A stretch of DNA of 64,000 nt from a virus. Its lineage: Duplodnaviria > Caudoviricetes. Positions 1-10,204 of the stretch are shown here, one piece after another. A program made the translations under genes and the position numbers. Each line of letters opens with the position of its first letter. Position 1 is the first letter of the stretch. The notes beneath the pieces were generated by a model. It was not told the DNA's origin and did no database searches. It saw nothing but the letters and a program-made list of their open reading frames with translations. Where the stretch lies: positions 32,001 through 96,000 of IMG/VR virus record IMGVR_UViG_3300026549_000045; one strand, given 5' to 3'.

Positions 1-64
1 GGACTTGCATAACCTCTGGACCAAGATGAATACATTGTGTGAGAAACTGTAAAGCCGAACGGCA

Positions 65-631
65 ATGAACGAGACATCAAAACAACTGACGGCCCTGATG
101 GCTGCGATACATGCGGCGTATCAGAAGGGCGAATTTGCACCGCCTGAGTGTGAGGAAGACTGTGGCTTTGGGAGACAAGGGATGCTTTGGGTGCATGAGA
201 TAGACAAAAATCAGGGTGTGAGCATCGACCTTTACGACCTCTTCGATGACGGACTGCCAGAGTTGGAGGGCATGGAGTTCGACAGCATGTGTCCGGCTGA
301 CGGCAAACCCATCAGACAGAAGGCATACTGCATCAGTTACAACCCCGAATGGGAGGAACACCCAGTGCTGGTGCTCTGCAACGATGCAAGTGCTACTGAG
401 TTTGATGATAGCTTCGATCTGACACTGGAGTACGTGCCGGAAGAGGTGCAACAGCGCATTTATGACTGGATAAAGAATCTGTGGCATCCTGTAGCCAACG
501 TGTACCGGCTTGTGCTACGAGCACCAGACGGCAGGGAGCAGCGCACATTGGCCTGGTTTCCGACGGAAGAGGTGAAGAAGCAATACTATGACAAAGCCCA
601 CAAACGTGGACTGGTGGTAGAGGAAGTGTGA
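65..631 (+). CDS. Hypothetical protein
   Basis: 188-aa ORF with normal composition, converges on the repressor gene. Confidence 0.7.
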   Translation: MNETSKQLTALMAAIHAAYQKGEFAPPECEEDCGFGRQGMLWVHEIDKNQGVSIDLYDLFDDGLPELEGMEFDSMCPADGKPIRQKAYCISYNPEWEEHPVLVLCNDASATEFDDSFDLTLEYVPEEVQQRIYDWIKNLWHPVANVYRLVLRAPDGREQRTLAWFPTEEVKKQYYDKAHKRGLVVEEV

Positions 632-714
632 CCATTTTCGTAACCTCACGAAAATGATACGACGCACACATATATAATATATACGCGCGAGGGCTGCAAT
701 GGTCCTTGCGCGTT

Positions 715-1473
715 TTAAATCTTGTCTGGCCCCGGCTCTGTAGCCATGCCATCAGTGGTGCCGAAATACTGATTGAACTGTACTTCCATGCGGTTGTGCC
801 TTTCAAGCAAAGCATTGTGCCGTTGAAGCAGATCCTTGTATTTGGCTGTGATGTCTGCGACGGTAGCGTTCAGTCCGTTGAGCCTTTTTGTCAGGGCAGC
901 AACCTCTGCGCGGACGGCTTCGTTGTTGCCCGCTTGTGGCGCGACAGGCACGGCAGGTTTGCGCCCTTTGCCCTTGCTGCACTCTCGGTTCTCGTCAATG
1001 AGAAACTTAAACGGAGAGATGTTGAAGTAGCTGCAAGTATGAAGAAAGTCCGTTACCTTAAAACGTCGGCGCAGGGTGAAACGCTCGTGTGGTTTCTGTG
1101 AGCTGGCTTCCATAGCCACGGCCACATCTTTCCAGTAGATGCGCCCTTCGCCGTCGCCGAAAGTCTGCTCAACAGCTTGTGTGTTCCACTCGATAGGATG
1201 CCAGTAGTCGAGTGGGATAGTAGCGTCTTCACGATTAGGGATGACGAAATTGTTGTTCTCTGCCACAAAATAATATACTGGCATACGCAAAGAGTTGCAC
1301 AATTTTATCAGTATTTGCACCGATACAACAATTTCGTTTGTCGTATATCGGCTTAGTACCTGCTGTCTTAGTCCGCAACGGCGGGCAATTTCCGTGCCTG
1401 TGATGTCTAAAACATCTGATAGACTGCTGAATAGCGTCGTGTTGAATTTCCATCTGTCCATACCATTTGTCAT
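715..1473 (-). CDS. XRE-family HTH repressor-like protein with C-terminal coiled coil
   Basis: ITGTEIARRCGLRQQVLSRY...LIKLCNSLRMP HTH; second HTH-like segment; divergent from the early operon. Confidence 0.7.
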   Translation of the reverse strand: MTNGMDRWKFNTTLFSSLSDVLDITGTEIARRCGLRQQVLSRYTTNEIVVSVQILIKLCNSLRMPVYYFVAENNNFVIPNREDATIPLDYWHPIEWNTQAVEQTFGDGEGRIYWKDVAVAMEASSQKPHERFTLRRRFKVTDFLHTCSYFNISPFKFLIDENRECSKGKGRKPAVPVAPQAGNNEAVRAEVAALTKRLNGLNATVADITAKYKDLLQRHNALLERHNRMEVQFNQYFGTTDGMATEPGPDKI

Positions 1474-1525
1474 GCTTGCTTTAAAATTTTAACATTCACT
1501 TTTGGATAATTTTTCACCAATTCTG

Positions 1526-1567
1526 TTTGTTATTTCACAGAAAAGTTGTACCTTTGCCGCAAAGTTA
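1526..1567. promoter_or_regulatory. Overlapping divergent Bacteroidetes sigma-A promoters (genetic switch)
   Basis: + strand TTTG (1526-1529)-N19-TACCTTTG (1549-1556); - strand TAACTTTG (1567-1560); match the TAnnTTTG consensus. Confidence 0.7.
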
Positions 1568-1584
1568 CAACAATTTCGTGAAAT

Positions 1585-2034
1585 ATGAACGAAAATAAAG
1601 AGAAATTATCACTACGCATTAAACGTTATCTGAAGAACCTGGTGAAGGCTTTTTGTAGTCGCGATCCCTACCGTGAGGAGTTGGAAGAGACGAAGGAAAA
1701 GCTGGAGAAGTCTGCAGAGAATATGACGGCCATGCAGGACCAGTTGTACTCTGCGCTCGACAAGTGGAACGAGGTGGTGAAGACGTCGGAAGATCTGAGT
1801 AGTCAGGTTGAGAGTTGCGAGAAGTTGATTGAAAACCTGCGTGAACGTATCAACGAGAAGGACGAAGAACTGAAACAGCAGGGCAACGACTTCCGTGAGC
1901 GTATGGAGCGGATGAAAGGCGACTACCAGAAGCGATTGGACGAGTACAATAAGCTGGTGGACTTCATCCGTTCCAACAAGAATGTTCCCTACGAAATCGG
2001 TGTCATCATCGACAAACTGACCGAAAGAAGATAG
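1585..2034 (+). CDS. Coiled-coil hypothetical protein
   Basis: 149 aa, E/K-rich heptads, first gene after the promoter. Confidence 0.75.
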   Translation: MNENKEKLSLRIKRYLKNLVKAFCSRDPYREELEETKEKLEKSAENMTAMQDQLYSALDKWNEVVKTSEDLSSQVESCEKLIENLRERINEKDEELKQQGNDFRERMERMKGDYQKRLDEYNKLVDFIRSNKNVPYEIGVIIDKLTERR

Positions 2035-2047
2035 GAGGAGGAAAGCA

Positions 2048-2323
2048 ATGGATATAGGACAGGCAATCAAGGAACTTCGCACCAAGCGCGGCATGACCCA
2101 GGAGCAGCTTGCCGATAGCGTCGGCATGAGCATCAACGCTATCAGTTCATGGGAACTCGGCAAGACGATACCGCCAAAGGCGACCATCGAGAAGTTGTGT
2201 CGTGCGTTTGGCATACCTGTTTCGTACATGCTGCTGGCGGCTATCGACGAGCAGGATATCCCAGAAGAAAAGCGCGTGCTGTACCGTGCGCTTTTAGAGC
2301 CGCTGAAAAATGAGTTGTTGTAG
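2048..2323 (+). CDS. XRE-family HTH regulator (Cro-like)
   Basis: IGQAIKELRTKRGMTQEQLADSVGMSINAISSWELGKTIP; GGAGG upstream. Confidence 0.9.
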   Translation: MDIGQAIKELRTKRGMTQEQLADSVGMSINAISSWELGKTIPPKATIEKLCRAFGIPVSYMLLAAIDEQDIPEEKRVLYRALLEPLKNELL

Positions 2324-2335
2324 AAACAGTGATCA

Positions 2336-5300
2336 GTGAACGACGCTAACCTGAAGATATTGAATGGCATTCCTCTCGTGGAAGTGATGCGAGGATGGGG
2401 ATATGTACCGGTGCGCGAGGCGAGAAACGGCGCAACGGCATCGTATATCTGTCCTTGGCATGACGACCACCATCCATCGCTGGTGGTGGATAAGCAGTTG
2501 CGTGACGGTGCCGCCGACTTAGGCTTTAAGTGCTTCGCCTGCAAGCAGGAGGGGTACGGGGCCATACAGTTGGCTGCACGGCTCATGGGAGAGCCTGCCG
2601 GACAGTTATCAAACGGGGTGCTGAATCAGGTGATTCACGAATTGCTGACCCGTTGCAGCGTGGAGTTGGAGCCTGAAGAGGGCGACAAGCCGTGGCGCGA
2701 TAACCTCCGCATAAAAGTAGTTGGCTGGGACGAGTTCAAGCGTGATGAACCGCAATACCAGGACTGGACGGGCGACCAGCCCATCTTTGAGACTGGCGAG
2801 TGGACAGAGGAAGGACTACGCGCGCTGGGCTTGAAGGTGGAGGTGGCCACAAGGCGTGCGAAGAAGACCGACATACCCGCCGACGCGACGGGAACAACGG
2901 CAGAGGTGCGCATGGGCGACCTGCTGACACAGTTTGATCCCGACAGTGGCGAACCGTTGTATCGTTGCTCGTTCGGCAAGGACTTTTATCGTGGTCCGCA
3001 AAAGGCAGAGACCCGTACCATAGCCGCATGGGGCGAAGAGGTTGGGCGCGTGTTTGGCGTGACACCCATCAAACGTTTCTGCAAGCGCGATACACCGAAG
3101 CAGGGTGGGGCAGTGGTTCTGGTGGTGAATGCCACAAAGAACTACCCGATGTTTATCTTCCGCTATCGTTGGGGAATCAAGAAATACGAGCCGAAAGCCG
3201 GTTATGGCAGTACGAAGTGGACGTGGTGGGATGTGAAGGAGGATGCCGACCTGGACCACCAGTGGTATGCAGACGCTGCGCTGACCGAAGCGCTGGAAGG
3301 ATGCGTGCCACAGCAGGACGACCGCCATAAGTACGATGCTATGACTGACAAGGACGGCAAGCCGACAGGTAAGGTGAAGTTCCACCGTGTCGTGCTATGC
3401 TCTGGTCCAAGGGATGCGATAGCCGTTTATGCTCATAGCAATGCGCACGTCGTATGGCTTCACAGCGAGCAGGCCGGTTTCGACCATAAGGGCGGCAATG
3501 TCAGGCCGAACCGATGGCTCAGGGCTTTTCTGAGGAAGTTGCAGGGCATCACCATAGATGGCGGTCTTTACGTCTGCTACGATGAAGATGCGACGGGACT
3601 GGCTGCCAGCCAGGCGATAGCCCTGAACAGTCCGAACATTCATTGGCTCAGACTCCCCAAGGAACTGACGGAGATAGCCATTGGCAAGGAGGGCAAGCAC
3701 CTGAAGGATGTGACGGACTTTGTGACGCGCTTTCAGGAGGTAGAGGGCAGGATGCCTGCAGAGGTACAGCACGACGACCCCGTTGAGTGGTTCGATAATG
3801 CGCTGTTTGACACGCCCACCTGTCAGTTCTGGCAGTGGGAGAGTGAGCGTAAGGATGCCGACGGCACGGGCCGTGCAAGGTATAAGTTCGACCTAAGAAA
3901 CACGCCCGTATTCCTCAGAGCAAGAGGCATGGTGCGCCGCGTGATGCAGCAGGGCAAGACATCGTTCTCGCGCTTCTTCATCATGGGCAATGACAATACA
4001 TACACCGAGGCGTTCCCCGGTGAGAAGGGAAGCAACAAACTTGTGGCACAGGCCCGAGACCTGATGGCTGAATGGCTGCGTGCGCACAAGGAATTTAACG
4101 ATGAGAAGGGTGCGCTCAGTCGTGCCATCTGTTCGGCCAAGTTGGAACAGGGCACGTTGGAGAGCATCGAGACAATGGACTTCGACGAGAAAAGCTATGG
4201 TGAGGACTTCGATCATTTCTTCTTTGACAACACCGCTGTAAAGGTAACGAAAGACGGTATGGAACTGGTGCCATACAGTCGCATGAAGTGGTGGACCAAT
4301 ACAGAGGCGATACTTAACGGCACGTTTACGATGCAGAAGCAGGCGTGGCGTGTGGTGCTTAATCCGATGTATGCCCCTGAATTGGAGAAGCACGAGGAAA
4401 TCATGCGGACGGCACAGACATCCGACGAGCGCGCACAGGAGAACATGCGCTGGGATTCGTGGGCTTCGCTTTGGAAGTACCGCCTCATTATGGATAAGCC
4501 GCTTGATGAAATGCCGATGCACTTCCGTTTCCTCTACAACACATCCCGCATCTTCTGGGAAAAGGAGTCGGACAATACGGAGTTGAGCAAGACGGAGAAG
4601 CAGGTGCAGGATATGTACTTCATTGCCATGTTACATGCCATCGGATCGGCATTGGTGCGCCACCGTTCAGCCAACAGGCAGCAGTTCCTTCATATAACCG
4701 ATAACGGCACACGCCGCGAGGACCTGGCAAGTGGCGGTACTGGTAAGACAGCCATTCTCGAACTCTTAGGACTGATGCGCCGTGTGCTGAAAGTTGACGG
4801 CAAGGCTTTGGAGGGTGGTAACATCACGCTGACACAGGAACTGGATAAGATTGTGCCTGGTCTGCAGAACATTGTCGCCATTGACGAACTGCCACAAGGC
4901 TTTTCGCCCAAGACGCTCTATAACTATACGTTGTCGCTGACCTCGCGCGGCCTGTATCGTAGTAGTGTCGTGCTCGAAGGCGATGACCTGCCGAAGTTTG
5001 TCGTGGCATCCAACGAACAGTTGGATCTCAGTTCAGATTCAACCTCACGCCGTACCTATCAGGTGCTGGTCTCTGACTGGTATCATCCGAGAAGCATGGA
5101 CGGCAGCCGTCCGGCACATACGCCTGCAGATGACTTCCGTAAGGAGTACGGCATTAAGGAGGTAGCACGCAATCTGCCACCTGCATTGCTCAACGAGGCC
5201 CGTAATTTCCTGCTGGGATGTGTGCAGTTGTTCTTCCAATTCCCTGACGAGACTATCAGACCGCCACGTGACAGCCGTGCGTTGTTGCGTCAGGCTCTGG

Positions 5301-5800
5301 CAGCATCGAAGGACGAGCAGTTTACCCGTTGGATAGCAGGTTTCCTTTTGGATAAGCGTCACATTGGAGAGCCTATCGCCCAGCGTGAACTCGCTATCTC
5401 ATTGCTTGACTACTGTGGCATCACCGTAGGCGAGAAGACTATCAAGAGTGCATACAAGCGCATTCGTGACAATATGGACGATTACATCAGGACGAGTATC
5501 TATGTGGTTGACCCGCCTGTTGTATTGTCAACACCGACTGACCGCGAAAACGGCTTCCGTCGCTGCGCTGCATGGCAGCATCCAAAGGCCAGTGACGGCT
5601 ATAGCATCGCCACCGACTCTGACGGCAACCGTCTGCCAAGGGAGTTGGTGAAGAAAGCACCATACCCAAGGGTATATTACTTCTATCGCAAATCCAGGGT
5701 GCCACGCCACTTTTTTGACGAAGCGCACGTTGGAGATATGGACTACGTGCAGGGCGCCAGCGACATCGACCCGGAGACACAATCGAAAAGTGAGGACTAA
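2336..5800 (+). CDS. Primase-helicase (CHC2 Zn finger + TOPRIM-like + SF3-type P-loop)
   Basis: CPWHDDHHPS...CFAC; LCSGPRD, CYDED, KDVTDF; Walker A GGTGKT, Walker B IVAIDE, motif C VVASN. Confidence 0.85.
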   Translation: MNDANLKILNGIPLVEVMRGWGYVPVREARNGATASYICPWHDDHHPSLVVDKQLRDGAADLGFKCFACKQEGYGAIQLAARLMGEPAGQLSNGVLNQVIHELLTRCSVELEPEEGDKPWRDNLRIKVVGWDEFKRDEPQYQDWTGDQPIFETGEWTEEGLRALGLKVEVATRRAKKTDIPADATGTTAEVRMGDLLTQFDPDSGEPLYRCSFGKDFYRGPQKAETRTIAAWGEEVGRVFGVTPIKRFCKRDTPKQGGAVVLVVNATKNYPMFIFRYRWGIKKYEPKAGYGSTKWTWWDVKEDADLDHQWYADAALTEALEGCVPQQDDRHKYDAMTDKDGKPTGKVKFHRVVLCSGPRDAIAVYAHSNAHVVWLHSEQAGFDHKGGNVRPNRWLRAFLRKLQGITIDGGLYVCYDEDATGLAASQAIALNSPNIHWLRLPKELTEIAIGKEGKHLKDVTDFVTRFQEVEGRMPAEVQHDDPVEWFDNALFDTPTCQFWQWESERKDADGTGRARYKFDLRNTPVFLRARGMVRRVMQQGKTSFSRFFIMGNDNTYTEAFPGEKGSNKLVAQARDLMAEWLRAHKEFNDEKGALSRAICSAKLEQGTLESIETMDFDEKSYGEDFDHFFFDNTAVKVTKDGMELVPYSRMKWWTNTEAILNGTFTMQKQAWRVVLNPMYAPELEKHEEIMRTAQTSDERAQENMRWDSWASLWKYRLIMDKPLDEMPMHFRFLYNTSRIFWEKESDNTELSKTEKQVQDMYFIAMLHAIGSALVRHRSANRQQFLHITDNGTRREDLASGGTGKTAILELLGLMRRVLKVDGKALEGGNITLTQELDKIVPGLQNIVAIDELPQGFSPKTLYNYTLSLTSRGLYRSSVVLEGDDLPKFVVASNEQLDLSSDSTSRRTYQVLVSDWYHPRSMDGSRPAHTPADDFRKEYGIKEVARNLPPALLNEARNFLLGCVQLFFQFPDETIRPPRDSRALLRQALAASKDEQFTRWIAGFLLDKRHIGEPIAQRELAISLLDYCGITVGEKTIKSAYKRIRDNMDDYIRTSIYVVDPPVVLSTPTDRENGFRRCAAWQHPKASDGYSIATDSDGNRLPRELVKKAPYPRVYYFYRKSRVPRHFFDEAHVGDMDYVQGASDIDPETQSKSED

Positions 5801-5806
5801 GGCATT

Positions 5807-6214
5807 ATGAAGAAACGTCGTTCTGTTACCGTCATCCTCCGTTCCTGTCTGACTGGCAAGGTCGTGTGGATATACAGAGGTCCTTCGCAGGAGGCTGCAA
5901 GGAAAGCATACTTCCGTGCTTGCAAGAAAGAGATAGAGCATGTTCGCAGCTGGGCTGAACGTATGGCTCAACGCACAGCCTCCATTACACGGCTGCTGAC
6001 GAATTGCCTGGCCGACAAGCCCATTGACGCAGAGCTGACACCAGAACAGCAGGAAGCCGCCAAGGAACTGCAAGCCATCAGCAAAAAGCAGTTGGAGTGT
6101 CACAGCGAGTTTTATGATCACATCATGGAAGAGCGCCGCCGCCGGGAAGAAGACCGTGAGATACGCCGCAAGATGCGTGAAAATGTTGCCAAAAAAGAAG
6201 TCGAAGAAAAATAA
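5807..6214 (+). CDS. Hypothetical protein
   Basis: 135 aa, tightly packed in operon. Confidence 0.7.
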   Translation: MKKRRSVTVILRSCLTGKVVWIYRGPSQEAARKAYFRACKKEIEHVRSWAERMAQRTASITRLLTNCLADKPIDAELTPEQQEAAKELQAISKKQLECHSEFYDHIMEERRRREEDREIRRKMRENVAKKEVEEK

Positions 6215-6226
6215 CAAATAATAATT

Positions 6227-6844
6227 ATGATAAATAAAGAGTCAGGTCAGGACGTGGAGTCCATCGAATACGGCATCGACAGCGAGGCCATACGACAGCA
6301 GGCAGAAGCAAACCTGCAGAACGGCAACCGCGAGTACCGCAAGCTGAAACAAGAGCTTGACGGGCTTGACTTCAGGCGTGACTTCGTGAAGATCAACCTT
6401 GTGAAGACGAAGATGAAGCACATGGTAAACGTGGAGACCAACCGCCTGTGGATGCTGGAAATGGAAAAGCGCAAGAGCGTGAAAGACCTCAGCGACCTGC
6501 TCCTGAAGAAAGACCGTGCCGAATATGAACACTTCCAGGAACTGATGGCCGGACTGTCGCTGTTGCTTGACATGACGGACAACATATTCTTCGATATCAA
6601 TAAGCTGCTGAACCGTAACAACATCGGCATTGAGATGAACAACTTCCCAGAACTGAAGGCTGCAAAGAAGACTGTGCAGGATATGGCAATCAAGGAGCAG
6701 TACGGGATGGCACGCTACAAGGAAGACCTATGGAACGACGAGTCAGAGCGCATATACAAGTACCTGCTTGAGCGCTGCGCCACCTACCGTCGTAAGGTTG
6801 ACCGCATAGAGTCAAAGATGAAGAAAACTGAAAATAAAGGATAG
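6227..6844 (+). CDS. Hypothetical helical protein
   Basis: 205 aa, operon packing. Confidence 0.75.
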   Translation: MINKESGQDVESIEYGIDSEAIRQQAEANLQNGNREYRKLKQELDGLDFRRDFVKINLVKTKMKHMVNVETNRLWMLEMEKRKSVKDLSDLLLKKDRAEYEHFQELMAGLSLLLDMTDNIFFDINKLLNRNNIGIEMNNFPELKAAKKTVQDMAIKEQYGMARYKEDLWNDESERIYKYLLERCATYRRKVDRIESKMKKTENKG

Positions 6845-6851
6845 AGACGAT

Positions 6852-7538
6852 ATGAAACATCTGGATATTACAATAGACTTTGAGACCTGCGCCATGACAG
6901 CCAACGCGGCTGTGATGCAGGTTGCAATGGTGCCTTGGCTGAGAGACAACGATGCAGACCCATTCTCGTTTGACGATATGGATATATATGAAGGTTGCGT
7001 GGATCTGAGGACATGCGTGGTGGATGGCTTTGACTTTGACCCAGAGACTATCAAGTGGTGGTCAGAGAGAAACCTAAAGGCAAAGGAGGCGGTGACGAAG
7101 GGAGAACCGAAAGCTGTTGACGACGTGTTGATTGGCATGCTGAACTACATCCGCGAACTCAAAGAGAAGCATGCGCTGACAAGCATCTTTGTATGGTGTC
7201 AGGGCATGGACTTTGACATTGCGATACTGAGGAACCTGTGTCGTAAGTATGGCGTGAAACTTGAAGAGAACATACCGCACACGTCGTTCAGGGATTGCCG
7301 CACGGTGATACTGGAAGCTGCACTGATAGAGGCCAGTCGCAGTCTGAACGGAAAGAGTACACGTGCTAACGGCATCATACTGCCCGAGCAGATACTTGCA
7401 GGCAGCTACGATGTTTACAAGATGTTTGATCCCCTGCCAGAACGCTATTCTGCAGGAAGCGAGGCTCACGACGCACTCTACGATGCCTTGCGCTCAAGTT
7501 GGAACACCTGGCAGGCACTGAAATGGTTGAACGCTTAA
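6852..7538 (+). CDS. DEDDh 3'-5' exonuclease (Rv2179c/DUF5051-like)
   Basis: IDFET, WCQGMDFD, RDCRT, HDALYD motifs. Confidence 0.8.
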   Translation: MKHLDITIDFETCAMTANAAVMQVAMVPWLRDNDADPFSFDDMDIYEGCVDLRTCVVDGFDFDPETIKWWSERNLKAKEAVTKGEPKAVDDVLIGMLNYIRELKEKHALTSIFVWCQGMDFDIAILRNLCRKYGVKLEENIPHTSFRDCRTVILEAALIEASRSLNGKSTRANGIILPEQILAGSYDVYKMFDPLPERYSAGSEAHDALYDALRSSWNTWQALKWLNA

Positions 7539-7551
7539 CAAAAGGAAACGA

Positions 7552-7989
7552 ATGATGAACAATACTATATACATCAGCGGGCCTATCAGCGACCCGACTA
7601 CGAGCCAGCCGAGGACTGGATGGCAGAAGGAATTTCTGGAGGCCGAGGCGAAGTTGCGCCGGATGGGCTTTTCAGTAATGAACCCGGTTGACATTGCGCG
7701 TGATGTGGAGGAAGCCTTCAGGCAGGAGCCAACACGTGCGGACTATATTCTGGCTTGTTTGGAGCGGATGAAAGTGGCACAAGAGACAGGCATACTGCAC
7801 GGCGTGTACCTTATCGGTGATATCGACGCATGCAAAGATTCGCATGGTGTACAGATGGAACTTCACTTGGCAGAGATATTGGGCATCCCGGTATTTGCAG
7901 AGTTCCGCGCTGACAATGAGATATGGACTGACAGTTTCTATCTGAAGTCGGAAAGAACTATAGAAGGGCTGCTGGAAGATAAAGCGTAA
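7552..7989 (+). CDS. DUF4406 / nucleoside deoxyribosyltransferase-like protein
   Basis: IYISGPIS...F.EAE..L...GFSVMNP...SHGVQME. Confidence 0.7.
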   Translation: MMNNTIYISGPISDPTTSQPRTGWQKEFLEAEAKLRRMGFSVMNPVDIARDVEEAFRQEPTRADYILACLERMKVAQETGILHGVYLIGDIDACKDSHGVQMELHLAEILGIPVFAEFRADNEIWTDSFYLKSERTIEGLLEDKA

Positions 7990-8010
7990 TATTCACTATA
8001 AGATATAAAG

Positions 8011-9018
8011 ATGATGGCAACCCCAGTTCTACCCTCTCTCCCACACTCTTGGAGCGAACTGACATGGCAGCAGCTGTGCCAGTGCTGGAGTGTAAAGATG
8101 CGCTACGGTGGCAACGCTGATGTTGCACGGGTGGCTGCATTGCTTACACTATGCCATCTTGACGAGGTAGACAGTACCACGATCCGTACCAATTCGGGAG
8201 AGACGTTGTACAGGCTTCGTGATACAGACGGATGCCTGTGGACGGTGACAGCCCGCGAGGCGGCACATCTGGCAAAGGTAGCACTGCCTTGGTTTGATTT
8301 CCCTTATGGTGATACTGGTGATAAAGAGGAGACGGACGATGATGGTAATATCATCAGGGAACACCGGGAGGGTGTCAGCGGTTATGTCTGTCCTGAATGG
8401 AAAGACGCCATGATTCTGCCGCAAGATACCTTGAAGACAGGTGGTCATTATTATGCTCTGCCGCAGGTGGCCTGCAACAATATCACTTGGCAGCAGTATC
8501 GCTCGTTACAATCCATAGCTCCACAACTCTTTCAAGAGGATGTCAGCGAAGAGCAGGCCAAGATGCTGCAGGCGCAATTCATGGCACATTGCCTTGTTCC
8601 CCGATCGCGGTCCTTGCTTGATAGCAACGGCAAGACCATCAAGATACGTCCGCACTATGTCTATGAGTACGATGCAGACCAGGCAGAAGGACAGGTGAAG
8701 TATTGGCAGAAGCGTTTGGAACAGGAGGACGCCATCATCCTGTTCCATATCTGCTTCCAAGTATATCAGACGGCGCTGAGCTACTATGCGAAGTCGTATC
8801 CTGAACTCTTTGATGACTCGGGCAAGAAAGACCCCTTACGTGATGCGCTGACCGGAGAGGTGGGCACCATCAACACCATTATGAAGTATGCCGGTTATGC
8901 AGAACAGCAGCAGGTGTATGACAGCAACCTTCCCTTTGTGTTAGACATTCTGAATACAATGACTAAGGAAGCTCGGGAGATTGAGAGGATGAATAGTAAA
9001 ATCAAAAATAAGAACTGA
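8011..9018 (+). CDS. Hypothetical phage protein
   Basis: 335 aa, LPHSWSELTWQQ N-terminus. Confidence 0.75.
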   Translation: MMATPVLPSLPHSWSELTWQQLCQCWSVKMRYGGNADVARVAALLTLCHLDEVDSTTIRTNSGETLYRLRDTDGCLWTVTAREAAHLAKVALPWFDFPYGDTGDKEETDDDGNIIREHREGVSGYVCPEWKDAMILPQDTLKTGGHYYALPQVACNNITWQQYRSLQSIAPQLFQEDVSEEQAKMLQAQFMAHCLVPRSRSLLDSNGKTIKIRPHYVYEYDADQAEGQVKYWQKRLEQEDAIILFHICFQVYQTALSYYAKSYPELFDDSGKKDPLRDALTGEVGTINTIMKYAGYAEQQQVYDSNLPFVLDILNTMTKEAREIERMNSKIKNKN

Positions 9019-9024
9019 TAAGGT

Positions 9025-10179
9025 ATGAAAGCAGATTACATTTACTTTGGCGACGCTGGCATGACCAGCACCAGTGCCAACCATGCGGCGAACATGGCGA
9101 AAGAGAGTGTGAGACACCTGATGGACGAACTGGCAGGTGTGAGTTTCTATGGTACTACGGTGAGCCTATTGAGCAGCGGTGCAGGCGCCAAGCAGAGCAA
9201 GGTCGGCAACACGGCTGAGCAGCTTGACGGCACATATGACAAGCTGAAAACCATCGGCGAGGCCCATGCGCTGATAGCCTGGCTGCGTGAAGCCATCAAG
9301 GCCCGTGAGCGACTGTTGGCAGAGGTGAAGAACATGACGCTGGCAGGGTATTGCAAGACGGTGTTAGGCGGTGTTGAAGTGCCAAAGGCAGACACGAACA
9401 TCGTGGACTGGATGAAGGAGAAGGGTTATACCAAGCCAGACATCAACGGTGAGTTTCCTGATGTGGAGCATAAGCGTATCATTGGCATACCGGTTGCCCC
9501 ATTGGAATTGTTCTGCAAGAAGTTCGGACTGAAGATGCCCGATGCGGTGAAGAAGCAGGAGCCGATGACAGTCGATGACTATATGGCCGGACTGAGTGTA
9601 AAGGATCGTAACCGCATGTTGTTGTTGGAAGCCAAAGCCGCCGTGATTGGCAAGTTCATCCATGAGGATGGAAAACTCGACAAGGAGCGTAAGTCGCTGC
9701 GTGAGGTGCTGTCGCATCCCGTCGGAACACATGGCGAGGGACAGAACATGCTCCTATACCAGTTTGAGCCCACAGTGACGCAGGAGTATGTTGATGGTAT
9801 GTTCTTCCGTCTGGCTGCAGAGCATCGTGCCCTACAGGCAGAGTTGAACGGTATGCTGGCCGAGCGTGACCGTACCATCGAGGCCGACAAGCAGGCTAAG
9901 GCAGCAGAGTTTCAGAAGGCATCTGCAGACTTCTCGCGTGAAATGAGTGTGTTGCAGGATAAGTTGTCGGCATATCTCGTGGAAGAGCAGAGCAAGCTGA
10001 GCAAGATGCAGGACGAATACAATGCCTGGTCTATGGACCAGAAGAACCGCCATCAGGAGTTGTGCGCAAACATGGAGACATGGAAGCTGGCAGAAGCCAA
10101 GCGTATTGCTGGGCTGGGCATCATCATCCCGAACGAGTTGCGTGACATCTATGAGTGGGTGAACGGACTGGGTAAATAG
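9025..10179 (+). CDS. Coiled-coil phage protein directly upstream of the structured RNA
   Basis: 384 aa, GMTSTSANHAANMAKE start, long helical C-terminus. Confidence 0.8.
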   Translation: MKADYIYFGDAGMTSTSANHAANMAKESVRHLMDELAGVSFYGTTVSLLSSGAGAKQSKVGNTAEQLDGTYDKLKTIGEAHALIAWLREAIKARERLLAEVKNMTLAGYCKTVLGGVEVPKADTNIVDWMKEKGYTKPDINGEFPDVEHKRIIGIPVAPLELFCKKFGLKMPDAVKKQEPMTVDDYMAGLSVKDRNRMLLLEAKAAVIGKFIHEDGKLDKERKSLREVLSHPVGTHGEGQNMLLYQFEPTVTQEYVDGMFFRLAAEHRALQAELNGMLAERDRTIEADKQAKAAEFQKASADFSREMSVLQDKLSAYLVEEQSKLSKMQDEYNAWSMDQKNRHQELCANMETWKLAEAKRIAGLGIIIPNELRDIYEWVNGLGK

Positions 10180-10204
10180 TCCATTGGATTTCTTTGACTT
10201 ATTG

